Positions 37,560-47,509 of a stretch of 64,000 bases of DNA are shown here, piece by piece. The notes beneath the pieces are model-generated. The model was not told where the DNA came from, searched no databases, and worked only from the letters and a program-made list of their open reading frames with translations. Position numbers and translations under genes: made by a program. Source of the stretch: Minisyncoccota bacterium (GTDB taxonomy: Bacteria; Patescibacteriota; Minisyncoccia; Phycocordibacterales; UBA2100); assembly GCA_043780835.1 (NCBI GenBank), contig JAYWCB010000010.1, positions 66,845 to 130,844 on the forward strand, given 5' to 3'. Each line of letters starts with the position of its first letter. The stretch's first letter is position 1.

Positions 37560-38909
37560 CTAGGCGTGAATCAGTGCGCGAATATGGTCGAGCTCCTGTT
37601 CGAGCGAGCTCGAGGTTTTCATTTCTTCCTTTATTTTTTCACATGAGTGAATGACGGTGGTATGGTCGCGACCGCCGAGTTTCTCGCCGATAGACGGATA
37701 CGAAACGGCGAACTCTTCTCGCAAGACGTACATAATGATTTGTCGCGGCTTCACCACCTCCTTCTTTCGGGTTTTTTCGTAAATACTCTTTTCCGGCACT
37801 TCGTAGTATTGCGCGATGCGACGCACCACCTCGTCTATTGAAACGCCCCGGTTGGGCTTCACATTGTGTTTGATGAGTGCGCGTACGTCTGCATGAGAAA
37901 TTGCCTTTCCCTTCAGCTGCGATTTACAGACAATCATATTAAGCACCCCTTCGAGTTCGCGAATGTTGCCGCGTACATTTTCTGCGATGTATTGAATGAT
38001 GTCGTCGGGAATAGAAAAGCCGTGCTGTTCTATCTTTGCACTAATAATTGCAGTGCGTGATTCAACATCGGGTTCCGGTATTTCTGCAATCATTCCGCCT
38101 GAAAAACGTCCCTTGAGGCGGTCTTCAAACCCGGGCAAAAGCGACGGATGTTTATCCGATGAAAATACAATCTGCTTATTGTTATCACGGAGCGCATTAA
38201 ACAAATGGAATAATTCTTCCTGAGTCTTCTCTGTGTTTGCGATGAACTGCACGTCATCCATGATGAGTACATCGTATTGTCGGTACTGGTCCTTGAAATT
38301 ATTGGCATGCCCTGCTCGCACCGCATTGATGTAATCAATCGCAAAGCGTTCCGACGTGACGTACAAGACCTTCTTATTGGCATGGGACTTTTTGAAATAG
38401 TTTCCGATTGCCTGAATAAGATGTGTTTTCCCGTGACCGGTCGATCCGTATATAAAAAGCGGATTATATGCGAGGCCCGGTCGCTCAAGAACGGCCTTTG
38501 AGGCGGCGTGTGCGAGCTGATTGAATGGGCCGACGACAAACGTATCGAACGTGTAGCGTGGATTCAGGTTGTCGCGCTTGTCTATATAGAGCGATTGCAA
38601 ATCAAAAGATGCATTTTGCTGCGGCTCTTGCTTTTGTGGCTTGCGATCCGCCTGTGGAGCAGTTCGATGTACCACGTATTCGACAATCCGAATTGAATTA
38701 TCAAGACTGCGTAGCGCCTTCAAGATTAATTTGTGATGTTTGTCTGAGAGCCACTCTTTTACAATCTTTGAGGGAACGGCAACTTGAATCGTTCCCCCAT
38801 CGCGATGAGAGACGTCAGTATTTCGGAACCATGTGCGAAACGATGCCTCGGACGTGCCTAACTCAATCTGCACGAGTGCGTTCTGCCATAGTTCTCTGTT
38901 AGTCATCAT
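37560..38909 (-). CDS. dnaA: Chromosomal replication initiator DnaA
   Basis: LNPRYTFDTFVVG, YNPLFIYGSTGHGKTHL, DDVQF, QEELFHLFN, RELEG, GGRDHTTVIH. Confidence 0.98.
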   Translation of the reverse strand: MMTNRELWQNALVQIELGTSEASFRTWFRNTDVSHRDGGTIQVAVPSKIVKEWLSDKHHKLILKALRSLDNSIRIVEYVVHRTAPQADRKPQKQEPQQNASFDLQSLYIDKRDNLNPRYTFDTFVVGPFNQLAHAASKAVLERPGLAYNPLFIYGSTGHGKTHLIQAIGNYFKKSHANKKVLYVTSERFAIDYINAVRAGHANNFKDQYRQYDVLIMDDVQFIANTEKTQEELFHLFNALRDNNKQIVFSSDKHPSLLPGFEDRLKGRFSGGMIAEIPEPDVESRTAIISAKIEQHGFSIPDDIIQYIAENVRGNIRELEGVLNMIVCKSQLKGKAISHADVRALIKHNVKPNRGVSIDEVVRRIAQYYEVPEKSIYEKTRKKEVVKPRQIIMYVLREEFAVSYPSIGEKLGGRDHTTVIHSCEKIKEEMKTSSSLEQELDHIRALIHA

Positions 38910-39002
38910 GGTTTTTTGTTGATGTCTTGAGAACAATGTCAGGACATTATACGCACTTCGAGCGCGGTGGGAATCTTGACCGACCCTCAGCGGGGTGTTC
39001 AC

Positions 39003-39026
39003 AACTATGTGGATAACAAGGGGATA
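39003..39026. promoter_or_regulatory. DnaA boxes upstream of dnaA (autoregulation or second oriC half)
   Basis: Perfect TGTGGATAA at 39008-39016 followed by AGGGGATAT; AT-rich flank. Confidence 0.75.
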
Positions 39027-39179
39027 TCTTTTTTCATTTAAATATGAGCACTCGGCTCGCGTACAAAATGCAAATCCCTTTTTTATGTTCCCCTCACCTC
39101 AGCGTCTCAGAAAACGATGAATTATTTTAATTTACGTGCACGATTGCGTTTTTCATAATCGTGTCGCATACTACGCCGC

Positions 39180-39320
39180 ATGTCGACCAAGCGAACATAT
39201 CAGCCGAAAAAGAAAAAGCGATTGGCAACGCACGGATTCCGTATCCGTTCCAAAAGCGTTAAGAAAGTATCGGTTCTCACTCGCCGACGCCGCAAGGGGC
39301 GCGCGAAACTCACTGTGTAA
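39180..39320 (+). CDS. rpmH: 50S ribosomal protein L34 (not in the ORF track)
   Basis: Manual translation [46 protein letters not shown]; divergent from dnaA. Confidence 0.95.
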   Translation: MSTKRTYQPKKKKRLATHGFRIRSKSVKKVSVLTRRRRKGRAKLTV

Positions 39321-39343
39321 CGAGGTATCTGCATAGCCCGTGT

Positions 39344-39670
39344 ATGCCAAAAAAAAACCGGCTTACAGGGGCACAGATCCGTCGTTTGAAACCGGGAAAA
39401 AGGCTTATTTCAAGCCTTTTTTCGCTATCAGCGACAGTGCAGGAAAGTGCAGTAACGCAGATTGCATGTATTGTCTCAAAAAAAGTATCCGCAAAGGCGG
39501 TGGTACGAAATACCGTGAAGCGGCGGATGCATGCAGCGCTCGCCGGCACCAAACTCCCTACCGGTATGTCTCTTGTGCTAACCGCAAAGAAGACTGCGTC
39601 ACAATGCCCCTATAGCGAGGTGCACAAAGACATCACGATGCTGATCGAACGACTCCGTAGCGGGAAATAG
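39344..39670 (+). CDS. rnpA: Ribonuclease P protein component
   Basis: MPKKNRL, IVSKKVSAKAVVRNTVKRR; rpmH-rnpA-yidC synteny. Confidence 0.9.
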   Translation: MPKKNRLTGAQIRRLKPGKRLISSLFSLSATVQESAVTQIACIVSKKVSAKAVVRNTVKRRMHAALAGTKLPTGMSLVLTAKKTASQCPYSEVHKDITMLIERLRSGK

Positions 39671-39695
39671 TACCAACAGGTACAATGCACCATCT

Positions 39696-40430
39696 ATGAT
39701 TGGCACTGTTTTCCATACCGTCGTCTATTTACCGATCTATAACGCGCTGGTTTTCTTCGTTGATGCAGTACCGTCACATGATATCGGCATTGCCGTCATC
39801 ATCGTTACTATTATTGTACGGCTTATCCTCTTTCCCCTCGCACGCAAGGCTATCAAATCGCAGATGGCAATGAAGGCTGTGGCACCGGAAGTTGAAGAAC
39901 TGAAGAAAAAATACAAAGATAAACCGGAAGAACAAGGAAAGGCGATGTTTGCCCTCTATCGCGAGCGCAAGGTGAATCCCTTCTCTGGTTTTTTGCTGCT
40001 TTTACTGCAACTCCCGATTCTTTTAGGGCTGTACTGGGTCTTTGCGCGCGGCGGTTTCCCTACCGTTGACCCGAGCATGCTGTATTCCTTTATACGGGTT
40101 CCCGAAACGGTCAACATGCACTTTCTGGGCATACTTGATATGGGCAGCCATAGCATAGTGCTTGCCGTCTTGGTTGCGCTTACGCAGGCGGTATACACGC
40201 GTCTTTCGATGGGTCCCAAAGGTACCATTACGCAAACAGAGGCTTCATTTTCAGATGAAATGGCGAAAAGCTTTGATGTGCAAGCGCGCTACGTGCTTCC
40301 CTGCGTCATCGGCGTCGTCTCGTACTTTGTCGTTGCAGCAGCGCCACTCTACTGGGTAACCAGTAACCTCTTTATGATTGCGCAGGAAGCATTTGTGGGA
40401 CGTCGTTTTCACGGCCGACACATCATGTAG
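39696..40430 (+). CDS. yidC: Membrane protein insertase YidC (short form)
   Basis: GIAVIIVTIIVRLILFPL, LYRERKVNPFSG, LQLPIL, LYWVTSNLF. Confidence 0.95.
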   Translation: MIGTVFHTVVYLPIYNALVFFVDAVPSHDIGIAVIIVTIIVRLILFPLARKAIKSQMAMKAVAPEVEELKKKYKDKPEEQGKAMFALYRERKVNPFSGFLLLLLQLPILLGLYWVFARGGFPTVDPSMLYSFIRVPETVNMHFLGILDMGSHSIVLAVLVALTQAVYTRLSMGPKGTITQTEASFSDEMAKSFDVQARYVLPCVIGVVSYFVVAAAPLYWVTSNLFMIAQEAFVGRRFHGRHIM

Positions 40431-40495
40431 GGGCATCTATTTCAGGCTGGGCATTCGAGTCGCGCAGCAAAAGAAAAAAGCGTATAGTGCCCTTC

Positions 40496-40954
40496 ATGCA
40501 CGATGTCGTCGAAATCATCCTGAAAGAACTGCTCGTAGCAATGGGTATAGCTGATGCAACGATCAGTCGCGGAGAAGTTGCGAGGCAGACTATTTTTTCT
40601 ATTCAAACGTCCGAGGCACGGGCGCTTATCGGTGCACACGGCGATACCGTTCAGGCGATGGACATGCTGGTGAAAAAGATCGCTGAGAAGCGTCTTGTTC
40701 CGGAAGCGGCACAAGATCTGCATTTTCTGGTAGACGTGAACGACTACCGGGTAAAGCAAATTAAGGATTTGCAAACTAAAGCGCTGATGATGGCGGATCG
40801 CGCCCGCAGCTTTCAATATGATGTAGAGCTCACGCCGATGAGCGCATACGAGCGTCTGATCGTGCACACCACCCTTCAAGACGCTCCCAATGTAAAAACG
40901 GAGTCTCAGGGTGAGGGACGAAACCGTCGGGTTGTAATCAAATACTCAGCCTAG
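40496..40954 (+). CDS. jag: Jag/KhpB-like KH + R3H RNA-binding protein
   Basis: LIGAHGDT, VDVNDYR, PMSAYERLIVH, TESQGEG..RRVVI. Confidence 0.9.
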   Translation: MHDVVEIILKELLVAMGIADATISRGEVARQTIFSIQTSEARALIGAHGDTVQAMDMLVKKIAEKRLVPEAAQDLHFLVDVNDYRVKQIKDLQTKALMMADRARSFQYDVELTPMSAYERLIVHTTLQDAPNVKTESQGEGRNRRVVIKYSA

Positions 40955-40957
40955 TTA

Positions 40958-41365
40958 CTACGAAATGCCCTTTATTTTGAGTTGCAGGATCTGAGGATTG
41001 ATCTGATTAAGAATGAGCCACACGCTCAGCAACAACAAGAGTCCGATTGTGACATCACCAAGAATTTCCTTCGCGTGCGATTTTTCTCCCCACGCGTCAG
41101 ATGACATGTATTGATAGCCGGCCCACGCGATGCGCAGTACCGCAAGAATTGCTCCGATAGAGAGCGTGATTTTGAATGCGGCGTTGATGAACGTCCCGAG
41201 ATCATTTGCTCCGGTTCCGATAGAGCCACCGGTAAGACCGAATATCTTTTGAAAATCAGCATCCTTCGTAAGCGGTACAAAGCCTCCGGCAGCAAGCGCA
41301 AAAGCCGGGAGAACACATGAGAGGGCAAAGGCACTACAGGAGACGAGGAGGTTTCTTTTTATCAT
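40958..41365 (-). CDS. CPR pilin (TrbC/VirB2-like)
   Basis: Signal peptide, then IGAILAVLRIAWAGYQYMSS...AKEIL...IGLLLLLSVWLILNQINP. Confidence 0.8.
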   Translation of the reverse strand: MIKRNLLVSCSAFALSCVLPAFALAAGGFVPLTKDADFQKIFGLTGGSIGTGANDLGTFINAAFKITLSIGAILAVLRIAWAGYQYMSSDAWGEKSHAKEILGDVTIGLLLLLSVWLILNQINPQILQLKIKGIS

Positions 41366-41372
41366 AGGTACA

Positions 41373-42608
41373 TTATTCACTGATTCTAAGCATCCAGAGC
41401 GACTTATCCGCAGCGTTGCGCCATCCGATATACGATCCTGTTTCGTCGATTGCGGGATCCTCAACATCGAACTCAGCGCGCGTATCGGGTACGAAGAATC
41501 GCTCTGCCGTTCCTTCAGACGCTTGTATTTTCCACCATACGTCTTTTGTGTGTGTCACCCCCTGGTACCAATTCGTGAGATACGATGCGCCCGTCTCCGT
41601 TGTCGGCACCGCGCAATATGCAATAAGTCCTGTGCCAGGCGCCCATGTGCATTTATCGGCCGTGGTTTCAATAGAGAGCTTCACTGCTTTTGATGAGCCG
41701 ACCTTAACGTACAGGGATAGTTTTCCCGCATCTGATGATCCGTACAAGTAGGCAGCGCTTGTTTCGTGATGAAGAACGGTCAGTCCCCTCACGTCGCTCA
41801 TCAGAGTTCTTGTAACGCCATTTGCGGCGACCATGAATGAATAGCCTGCTATGTCGTCTGATGCACTCTGTGTAATAACCACGCGTCCATCGGCAAGCAA
41901 CTGTGCTCGCCACTGGAACAGCGGAGAAGAGAAGATCTTTTTAACTGAACCCCCTTTCCAGTTTGCGCTCACCCCTAACGATCCTCCCTCAGGGAGGTGT
42001 GTCATAAAGAAGAGCCCGTGTGACGTCGGTTGATTGTTAGCAACATCGATCGCCACGATGTCTGGTGGGAGATAGGTACCTTCAAGCACATTCGCGGTCG
42101 ATGTTGATGTAATAACTGTCGTCGTTGCAATCGTTGCGGCAAATGATGTGATCGTCCCGGCGTCGTTTGTAGATCGTAAGATGACGTCTCCGGAGCGGCT
42201 GAAAAGCGCGTCGCGTACTTTTGGAATGAGTGTATTGGTTAAACGTAAAATCGAACTCGTCTGAGGATCAGCACGCAGAATATTTCCGGTCGCCCGCTCG
42301 GCGATGTATACCGATGTCCCACCCGGACCGAATCCAAAGCCTGCCACCGGCGTTTTTGTGACGTGCCATAAGCGGGGCGCTTGCTTTCCAATTTCTGCGA
42401 CCGTAGAGCTACCCGGTTGATCTGCTGTAATGTTTCGATAGGTGCTTCCGACTTGTCCGGTGAACGACGTAGAATCGCTCCCTCGCCCGCCGGCGTCGGC
42501 GATGGTTTGGGCGGTTTTACTTTTAATGAAAAAATACCAACCACCGAATCCGCCGACAATCATCACGATGAGGGCAGCGAGCGTGAACTGGATAATTTTA
42601 TTCTGCAT
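41373..42608 (-). CDS. Membrane-anchored extracytoplasmic protein, probable beta-propeller
   Basis: N-terminal TM; ERATGNI, RLTNTLIP, ADKCTW, YCAVP, WYQG. Confidence 0.7.
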   Translation of the reverse strand: MQNKIIQFTLAALIVMIVGGFGGWYFFIKSKTAQTIADAGGRGSDSTSFTGQVGSTYRNITADQPGSSTVAEIGKQAPRLWHVTKTPVAGFGFGPGGTSVYIAERATGNILRADPQTSSILRLTNTLIPKVRDALFSRSGDVILRSTNDAGTITSFAATIATTTVITSTSTANVLEGTYLPPDIVAIDVANNQPTSHGLFFMTHLPEGGSLGVSANWKGGSVKKIFSSPLFQWRAQLLADGRVVITQSASDDIAGYSFMVAANGVTRTLMSDVRGLTVLHHETSAAYLYGSSDAGKLSLYVKVGSSKAVKLSIETTADKCTWAPGTGLIAYCAVPTTETGASYLTNWYQGVTHTKDVWWKIQASEGTAERFFVPDTRAEFDVEDPAIDETGSYIGWRNAADKSLWMLRISE

Positions 42609-42609
42609 A

Positions 42610-43614
42610 TTATTTTCCGGTAAACGCATCGCTACTACCTCCGGCACTTCCCGCGCTCGAGCCGAATGTGACGATCCACGTTCCGTGCGCGTCGAGTTGA
42701 TAGTTGTTCTTGTGGGTGAGGGATAGATCAATTTTTGCCTCACCGCCGGCTGCACCGGCATTAATGGTTAGGGTGTTCGGGTGTTCCGTGTTCGATTCCA
42801 CTGACGCGTTGTTGACCCTCCAGATATACGAAAAAAGATTGTCGTTTGGACCGGATGCTTGCGCAAAATACGGGATAGCTGCGAATGACATTTCAGTATC
42901 CGAAACATGCGTCGTTGATTGAAGCGAATTGTGATACATAGTCCCGTACAGCGGATGTTCAAAATAGAGGCGCACCGGCGGATCGACGGTGAGGATGGAA
43001 AGCGTTCGCTCAGCGCTCAGCGTTTTATCCGACGTAGTGACACTCACCGATATGTCGTTTGTATCCGAGAGTGATGCAGTCGGCGTGGTGAATGATGACT
43101 TGCCTTTACCTGCCAACGCAATCTGCCCATCACGTTTCCACGTGAATGTAAGTTGTGATGCGAGCAATTCTGTTCCCTTTTGAAACATGTGCGGAAATGC
43201 CTGGAGTGTAATGTGTGTACCTTTGCTCGGCAGATGTTTTCCGCGGTAGAGCCCCGGTGCATATGAATCGGATTCCCACATCACGTCGACAGACGAGGGC
43301 GTAAGTGAAAGCGATGCCGTTTCGGGAATTCCTTGTACCGCGACTGAAATATCCATGCGCTCTCCCGTATTTGGAGCCGTAGTTCGATACATCATTTCGC
43401 CCTCGCCTTGCATCACAACAGTACCGCTGTTTTTCCATGTGATTATCCGGTTAGAGATATCAACAAGAGGATTTTGAATGGTGAACGTTACCGCATCATT
43501 TGGTTTGGGATACGGCGGCGATACTGAGAGAAAAAGCGATGGACCGAGATCGACCTGTGCGAAAACGGGTAACGCGAAAAAGAGCGTTATCAGCGGAATG
43601 AGGAAGTGTTTCAT
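42610..43614 (-). CDS. Secreted Ig-like repeat protein
   Basis: Signal peptide (VFA-Q), P.YPKPND.VT, WESDSYAP..YRGK.LP, FTWK, YIWRVN. Confidence 0.7.
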   Translation of the reverse strand: MKHFLIPLITLFFALPVFAQVDLGPSLFLSVSPPYPKPNDAVTFTIQNPLVDISNRIITWKNSGTVVMQGEGEMMYRTTAPNTGERMDISVAVQGIPETASLSLTPSSVDVMWESDSYAPGLYRGKHLPSKGTHITLQAFPHMFQKGTELLASQLTFTWKRDGQIALAGKGKSSFTTPTASLSDTNDISVSVTTSDKTLSAERTLSILTVDPPVRLYFEHPLYGTMYHNSLQSTTHVSDTEMSFAAIPYFAQASGPNDNLFSYIWRVNNASVESNTEHPNTLTINAGAAGGEAKIDLSLTHKNNYQLDAHGTWIVTFGSSAGSAGGSSDAFTGK

Positions 43615-45530
43615 ACGACGCCTGGTGCAAGCGGTGGTTCGGTTGCAGCCGCCGCGGGCTTAGCAATTGAAATATGTGAGCGCTGATCCTCAACAGCAGC
43701 GGTGCGCGCGTCGCTCGCGATTTGAAGATCCTGTTTTGCTTTTTTTATTGCAAGAATTTGAGACGGATCTGATGTGATGATCTGGTCTTCGGTATACGAT
43801 GCGATTACTTTGATTGCCACGTGCTTGAGACCGGCGAAGAAAATACCCTCCCCCACGTCAGACTCAAGGAGAAGGTATTTCTCCTCGTCGGAGAGTTTAA
43901 AAGTCTGCTGCACGAGGTCGACGGATGTCGGCGATTGACGCAGCAGCATTTGGATTGATGAGTTCGTAATCATTGGTACACCGTACGGAGAATTCAAAAA
44001 GTCTGAGACGTCCTGTGTGATGGTTGAGATACCGAGAAAGTATTTTCGTCCGCGCTTTGCGATAGAAAACAAGAACGACGCCGTGTCTTCAGAGCGCATC
44101 ATCCACCAGGCTTCGTCGATAATAAGCAGGCGTTTACGCAATTCTTTGCGGACCGTATTCCAAATGTGGTGCGTAATGATATACATCGCGACCGGTTTCA
44201 GATCGTCTTCCATGTCGCGCACTGAAAAGACGACGAGTTTTTTGTTCATGTCAACGTTTGTCGGCCGATTCATAAATCCGGACCACGTCCCCTTGGTGTA
44301 TTTCGAAAGGCGCGCCACAAGCGACTCAGATCCTTCCATGCCCGAAAGCACGAGTTCGAAGTCGGAAAGCAGCGGTGGCTCCACTGCTGCAAAGTTTGCA
44401 TCCGCAGTGATGTCTTTGAGTGCGTATGTTTCGGTGATGGCGCGATCGATCACCGCGTCTTCTTCCGGGGTTAAACCGCCGAGCATGATACGGAAGAGTC
44501 CGACAAGCGTGATGATGTTGTTGCGAAGCACATCAGAGGCAGCCTCATCTTCACGCGGTATCGGTAGATCAAACGGATTAATGTGATGTTCGGACGAGAG
44601 TGAGATATTGAAATACCGACCGCCCACGGTTTCTGCGAGATATTCATATTCGCGTTCAGGGTCGATAACAATGACCTCCGTGTCGAACATGAGTGAGCGC
44701 AAGATCTCGAGCTTCGTCGTGTATGACTTGCCGGCGCCGGATTTCGCGAATGTTACAGAGTTGTAGTTTTCGAGCGAGAAACGATCGAAAAGAATGAGCG
44801 AAGAATTGTGACGGTTAATGCCGTACAGGATGCCTCGGTCTGAGGTGAGGTCGAACGATATGAACGGAAAGATAGATGAGAGCGGGGCGGAGTTGAGTTT
44901 CGTATGGACATCGAGTTCGTCGGTTGCGATCGGCAATACGGAGCGGAAACCCTGTTCCTGTTGAAAGAGTGCGGGTCGGATGTAAACGAGGCGGGACTCA
45001 AGGATAGAACGGACTTCGGACTCTGTTTTATCGACTTCTTCGCGCGTAGCACCATAAATTGTCATGTACAGTCCTACATCGAAAATACGCTCTTGAGCCT
45101 GTTGCAGCGAATCGCGGAGTTGTTCGAGATCGGAATACGCGGTATCCAGCATCGGGTCTCGCACCATTCCCTTCTCTTCTCGGGTAGAAATTTGACTCTG
45201 GACCTCGGCGACTTTCTTTTGGAATTTGCGCAGCATCTCGTTGGTATCCATCGGGTGGATGAATATGGAAATATCGATCACCTTGTCCATGTTGATGATT
45301 GGTGCAAACCAGCCCGTCGTAAGGAAACGCGGATATGAAATGACGAAAAACGTACGTGCTATTTTCTCGCCCAAGTCCAGTTCATGCGACGAAATCTTGA
45401 GCGCGTGCGGAGCGATGACGTCTTGCAGGTCGAGTACGCCGGTTTGGTAGATTTCATCGGGCAAGACCGGCAGCACATTCGGGCCGAGCTCTTGTCGCTT
45501 ACCTAATCCGAGTGATTCGAACAGTCCCAT
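43611..45530 (-). CDS. VirB4-like ATPase (DUF87/HerA-FtsK superfamily)
   Basis: GILYGINRHN, Walker A AKSGAGKS, IDPEREY, INPFDL, Walker B LLIIDEAW, KRGRKY, ITQDV. Confidence 0.9.
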   Translation of the reverse strand: MGLFESLGLGKRQELGPNVLPVLPDEIYQTGVLDLQDVIAPHALKISSHELDLGEKIARTFFVISYPRFLTTGWFAPIINMDKVIDISIFIHPMDTNEMLRKFQKKVAEVQSQISTREEKGMVRDPMLDTAYSDLEQLRDSLQQAQERIFDVGLYMTIYGATREEVDKTESEVRSILESRLVYIRPALFQQEQGFRSVLPIATDELDVHTKLNSAPLSSIFPFISFDLTSDRGILYGINRHNSSLILFDRFSLENYNSVTFAKSGAGKSYTTKLEILRSLMFDTEVIVIDPEREYEYLAETVGGRYFNISLSSEHHINPFDLPIPREDEAASDVLRNNIITLVGLFRIMLGGLTPEEDAVIDRAITETYALKDITADANFAAVEPPLLSDFELVLSGMEGSESLVARLSKYTKGTWSGFMNRPTNVDMNKKLVVFSVRDMEDDLKPVAMYIITHHIWNTVRKELRKRLLIIDEAWWMMRSEDTASFLFSIAKRGRKYFLGISTITQDVSDFLNSPYGVPMITNSSIQMLLRQSPTSVDLVQQTFKLSDEEKYLLLESDVGEGIFFAGLKHVAIKVIASYTEDQIITSDPSQILAIKKAKQDLQIASDARTAAVEDQRSHISIAKPAAAATEPPLAPGVV

Positions 45531-45664
45531 ACCCTTACACACGAAACGGCATTGTGCTTACAGCACGTGCCATCCCGTAATTACTGGTAAGTATCGCATT
45601 TAAAATCAGTTGTCGTCGCAAACCAATATCTATTATATTCATGTCGTTTCGTGTGAGGGGCATA

Positions 45665-46327
45665 TTATTGTTGTGCGAGCGACATCGGCTTCGAATCCTC
45701 TCCCGGGTTAAACATTTTATATAACAGCTCAATTGCTTCTTCGGTGCCCAGCTGCACGGTGCGTACCCCGGTGCGTATAAGACCTTGTTGCACGATTGCG
45801 ATACGCTGTTCTAACTGCGTAGCCTGTTCTTCAAACGTGCGATTTTCTTCAGCGGCATTTGCCTTCTTTTTACTGAACGGATTAAACGACGAGACACCGC
45901 CGCTCGTTGAAATAACTGCCGGCGTGTATGGAACCACGACAAAAAAGTTTTTTGTCATAATGTTCGCGGCTTCGGTAAAGCTGCGGATGAATTCTATATA
46001 TTCACGAATTTGAATACGCATGAGGTCATCAAGCTGACCTTTGTAGGCCTCTTCGAGCGTTGCGACGTACGGTCGGATATCGAGTTGGCGAGATTGTACG
46101 AAAATCTGGCACGAAAAATCGAGGGAGTTCAGGAAGTTTTGAAACTGCACAATAAACGCAGTTTGCTCGTCTTCGGATTTCAGTGCGAAGTTGATCGATG
46201 AGGCGAGAAGTACCGCACGTAAGCCGTTGTCTTTCATAATGACGACGCCGTCTCGCACCTCTTTAATCGGCACAAATTCCTGTGTCGATTTATTATCGTT
46301 GCGTGTGTTAGATCCAATTTGGGGCAT
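45665..46327 (-). CDS. VirB4-associated protein (TraC/VirB4 N-terminal-like)
   Basis: STQEFVPIKEVRDGVV, SSINFALKS..EQ, FLNSLDF..QI, YKMFNP; lies between the PrgI and VirB4 genes. Confidence 0.7.
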   Translation of the reverse strand: MPQIGSNTRNDNKSTQEFVPIKEVRDGVVIMKDNGLRAVLLASSINFALKSEDEQTAFIVQFQNFLNSLDFSCQIFVQSRQLDIRPYVATLEEAYKGQLDDLMRIQIREYIEFIRSFTEAANIMTKNFFVVVPYTPAVISTSGGVSSFNPFSKKKANAAEENRTFEEQATQLEQRIAIVQQGLIRTGVRTVQLGTEEAIELLYKMFNPGEDSKPMSLAQQ

Positions 46328-46331
46328 ACCA

Positions 46332-46838
46332 TTACTGAGTGAGCGACTTCAATGCCTCGCGGGGTGTTCGGATACCGCGGTATACATCTTCGCCGCGGAT
46401 TGCATTTCTGTCTTTTTCATTGCCGTAGCCGGCCGCGATGCGTTCTTTAATGTCGAGGCTCCACGCGAGTTCGTGCAAACGGCTATCGGAGAGCTTCGGT
46501 ACATAGAGGTTTTCCTGCGGCACGACCGGATTCTGACGCTCTTGAGCGATACGCGACTTCGTCTTGTTGTTCCAGAGATAAAGCTTCGTGTGTATGACAT
46601 AGAAAAAGGATGTTTCGAGTGCAATCATGAATGGCCGACCGTTGTATTGCATAAACGCAAGGGCAATTGCAAAACCCATTACGCCGATAACGAGTGGGGC
46701 GGCGATAAACACCGGCAATAAGCGCCACAAGAGGTAGGCGAGTCCTAAGCCGCCCGCAATATAGACGAATTGCTTGAATGTAAAGGGTCCGAAGATTTTA
46801 TCTTCGACCTCAATGAATTGAGGTACTTGGAACTGCAT
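46332..46838 (-). CDS. PrgI-family (VirB3-like) protein
   Basis: MQFQVPQFIEVEDKIFGPFTFKQF, 2 TM, NGRPF. Confidence 0.88.
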   Translation of the reverse strand: MQFQVPQFIEVEDKIFGPFTFKQFVYIAGGLGLAYLLWRLLPVFIAAPLVIGVMGFAIALAFMQYNGRPFMIALETSFFYVIHTKLYLWNNKTKSRIAQERQNPVVPQENLYVPKLSDSRLHELAWSLDIKERIAAGYGNEKDRNAIRGEDVYRGIRTPREALKSLTQ

Positions 46839-46913
46839 ACCGTATTAGTATACCTTGCACTTTCTGCAGTCTGCGCGCCTCCGAGCACGCAATATGTTTA
46901 TAGAATCAGATGC

Positions 46914-47507
46914 TTACAAGAGTTGTTCACGATACGGATCCCCTTCGATAGATTTGCGCTCATGGCTCGCGCTCCCTGCATATGTTTGGGCAACCTGGGC
47001 ACGCACCGCCTTTTCTTCGGGAGCGGGCGGCGGTGGTGTGCCGGGTAAAACAGCGGACGTACCAGTTTCAGGACTCGGGGCGGACGTGTTCACCGGAGAC
47101 GCATTTGCCGCAGCGGCGCCGAGCTCTTGCGCACGCACGGCTTCCACGTCTGAAATAGCCGCTTGTACAGCCGCCGGATGATCGAGCGAGCGTTCCATTT
47201 CGCCGCGTATGGGGCTAAATACAATATCGGAGATACTCGTGGCAAGCTCGACTGCCACCTCTTCGGTGATTGCGAGGTCTTTTTGAAGGTGCTGAGTCAA
47301 TTCAGCAACCGGTTGGAAGCCGAGCAATGTGAGCATGACGTTGTTTTCAAGTACCTGCCATTGATCAACATGCAGTTTATGCCCCTCCGCCAAGTCCCGC
47401 ATGTGCTTCTGCACATCGGCAGACGTGATTGCGTCCTGTACTACTTTTGGAAGTGTTTTAAAACGTTCCTCCAGTTTCTTATCGAAGTCTGTTTCCGTGG
47501 AATCCAT
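46914..47507 (-). CDS. Conserved hypothetical protein
   Basis: RFKTLPKVVQDAITS, LHVDQW..LE, IVFSPIR, Pro/Ala linker, C-terminal DPYRE. Confidence 0.7.
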   Translation of the reverse strand: MDSTETDFDKKLEERFKTLPKVVQDAITSADVQKHMRDLAEGHKLHVDQWQVLENNVMLTLLGFQPVAELTQHLQKDLAITEEVAVELATSISDIVFSPIRGEMERSLDHPAAVQAAISDVEAVRAQELGAAAANASPVNTSAPSPETGTSAVLPGTPPPPAPEEKAVRAQVAQTYAGSASHERKSIEGDPYREQLL

Positions 47508-47509
47508 AT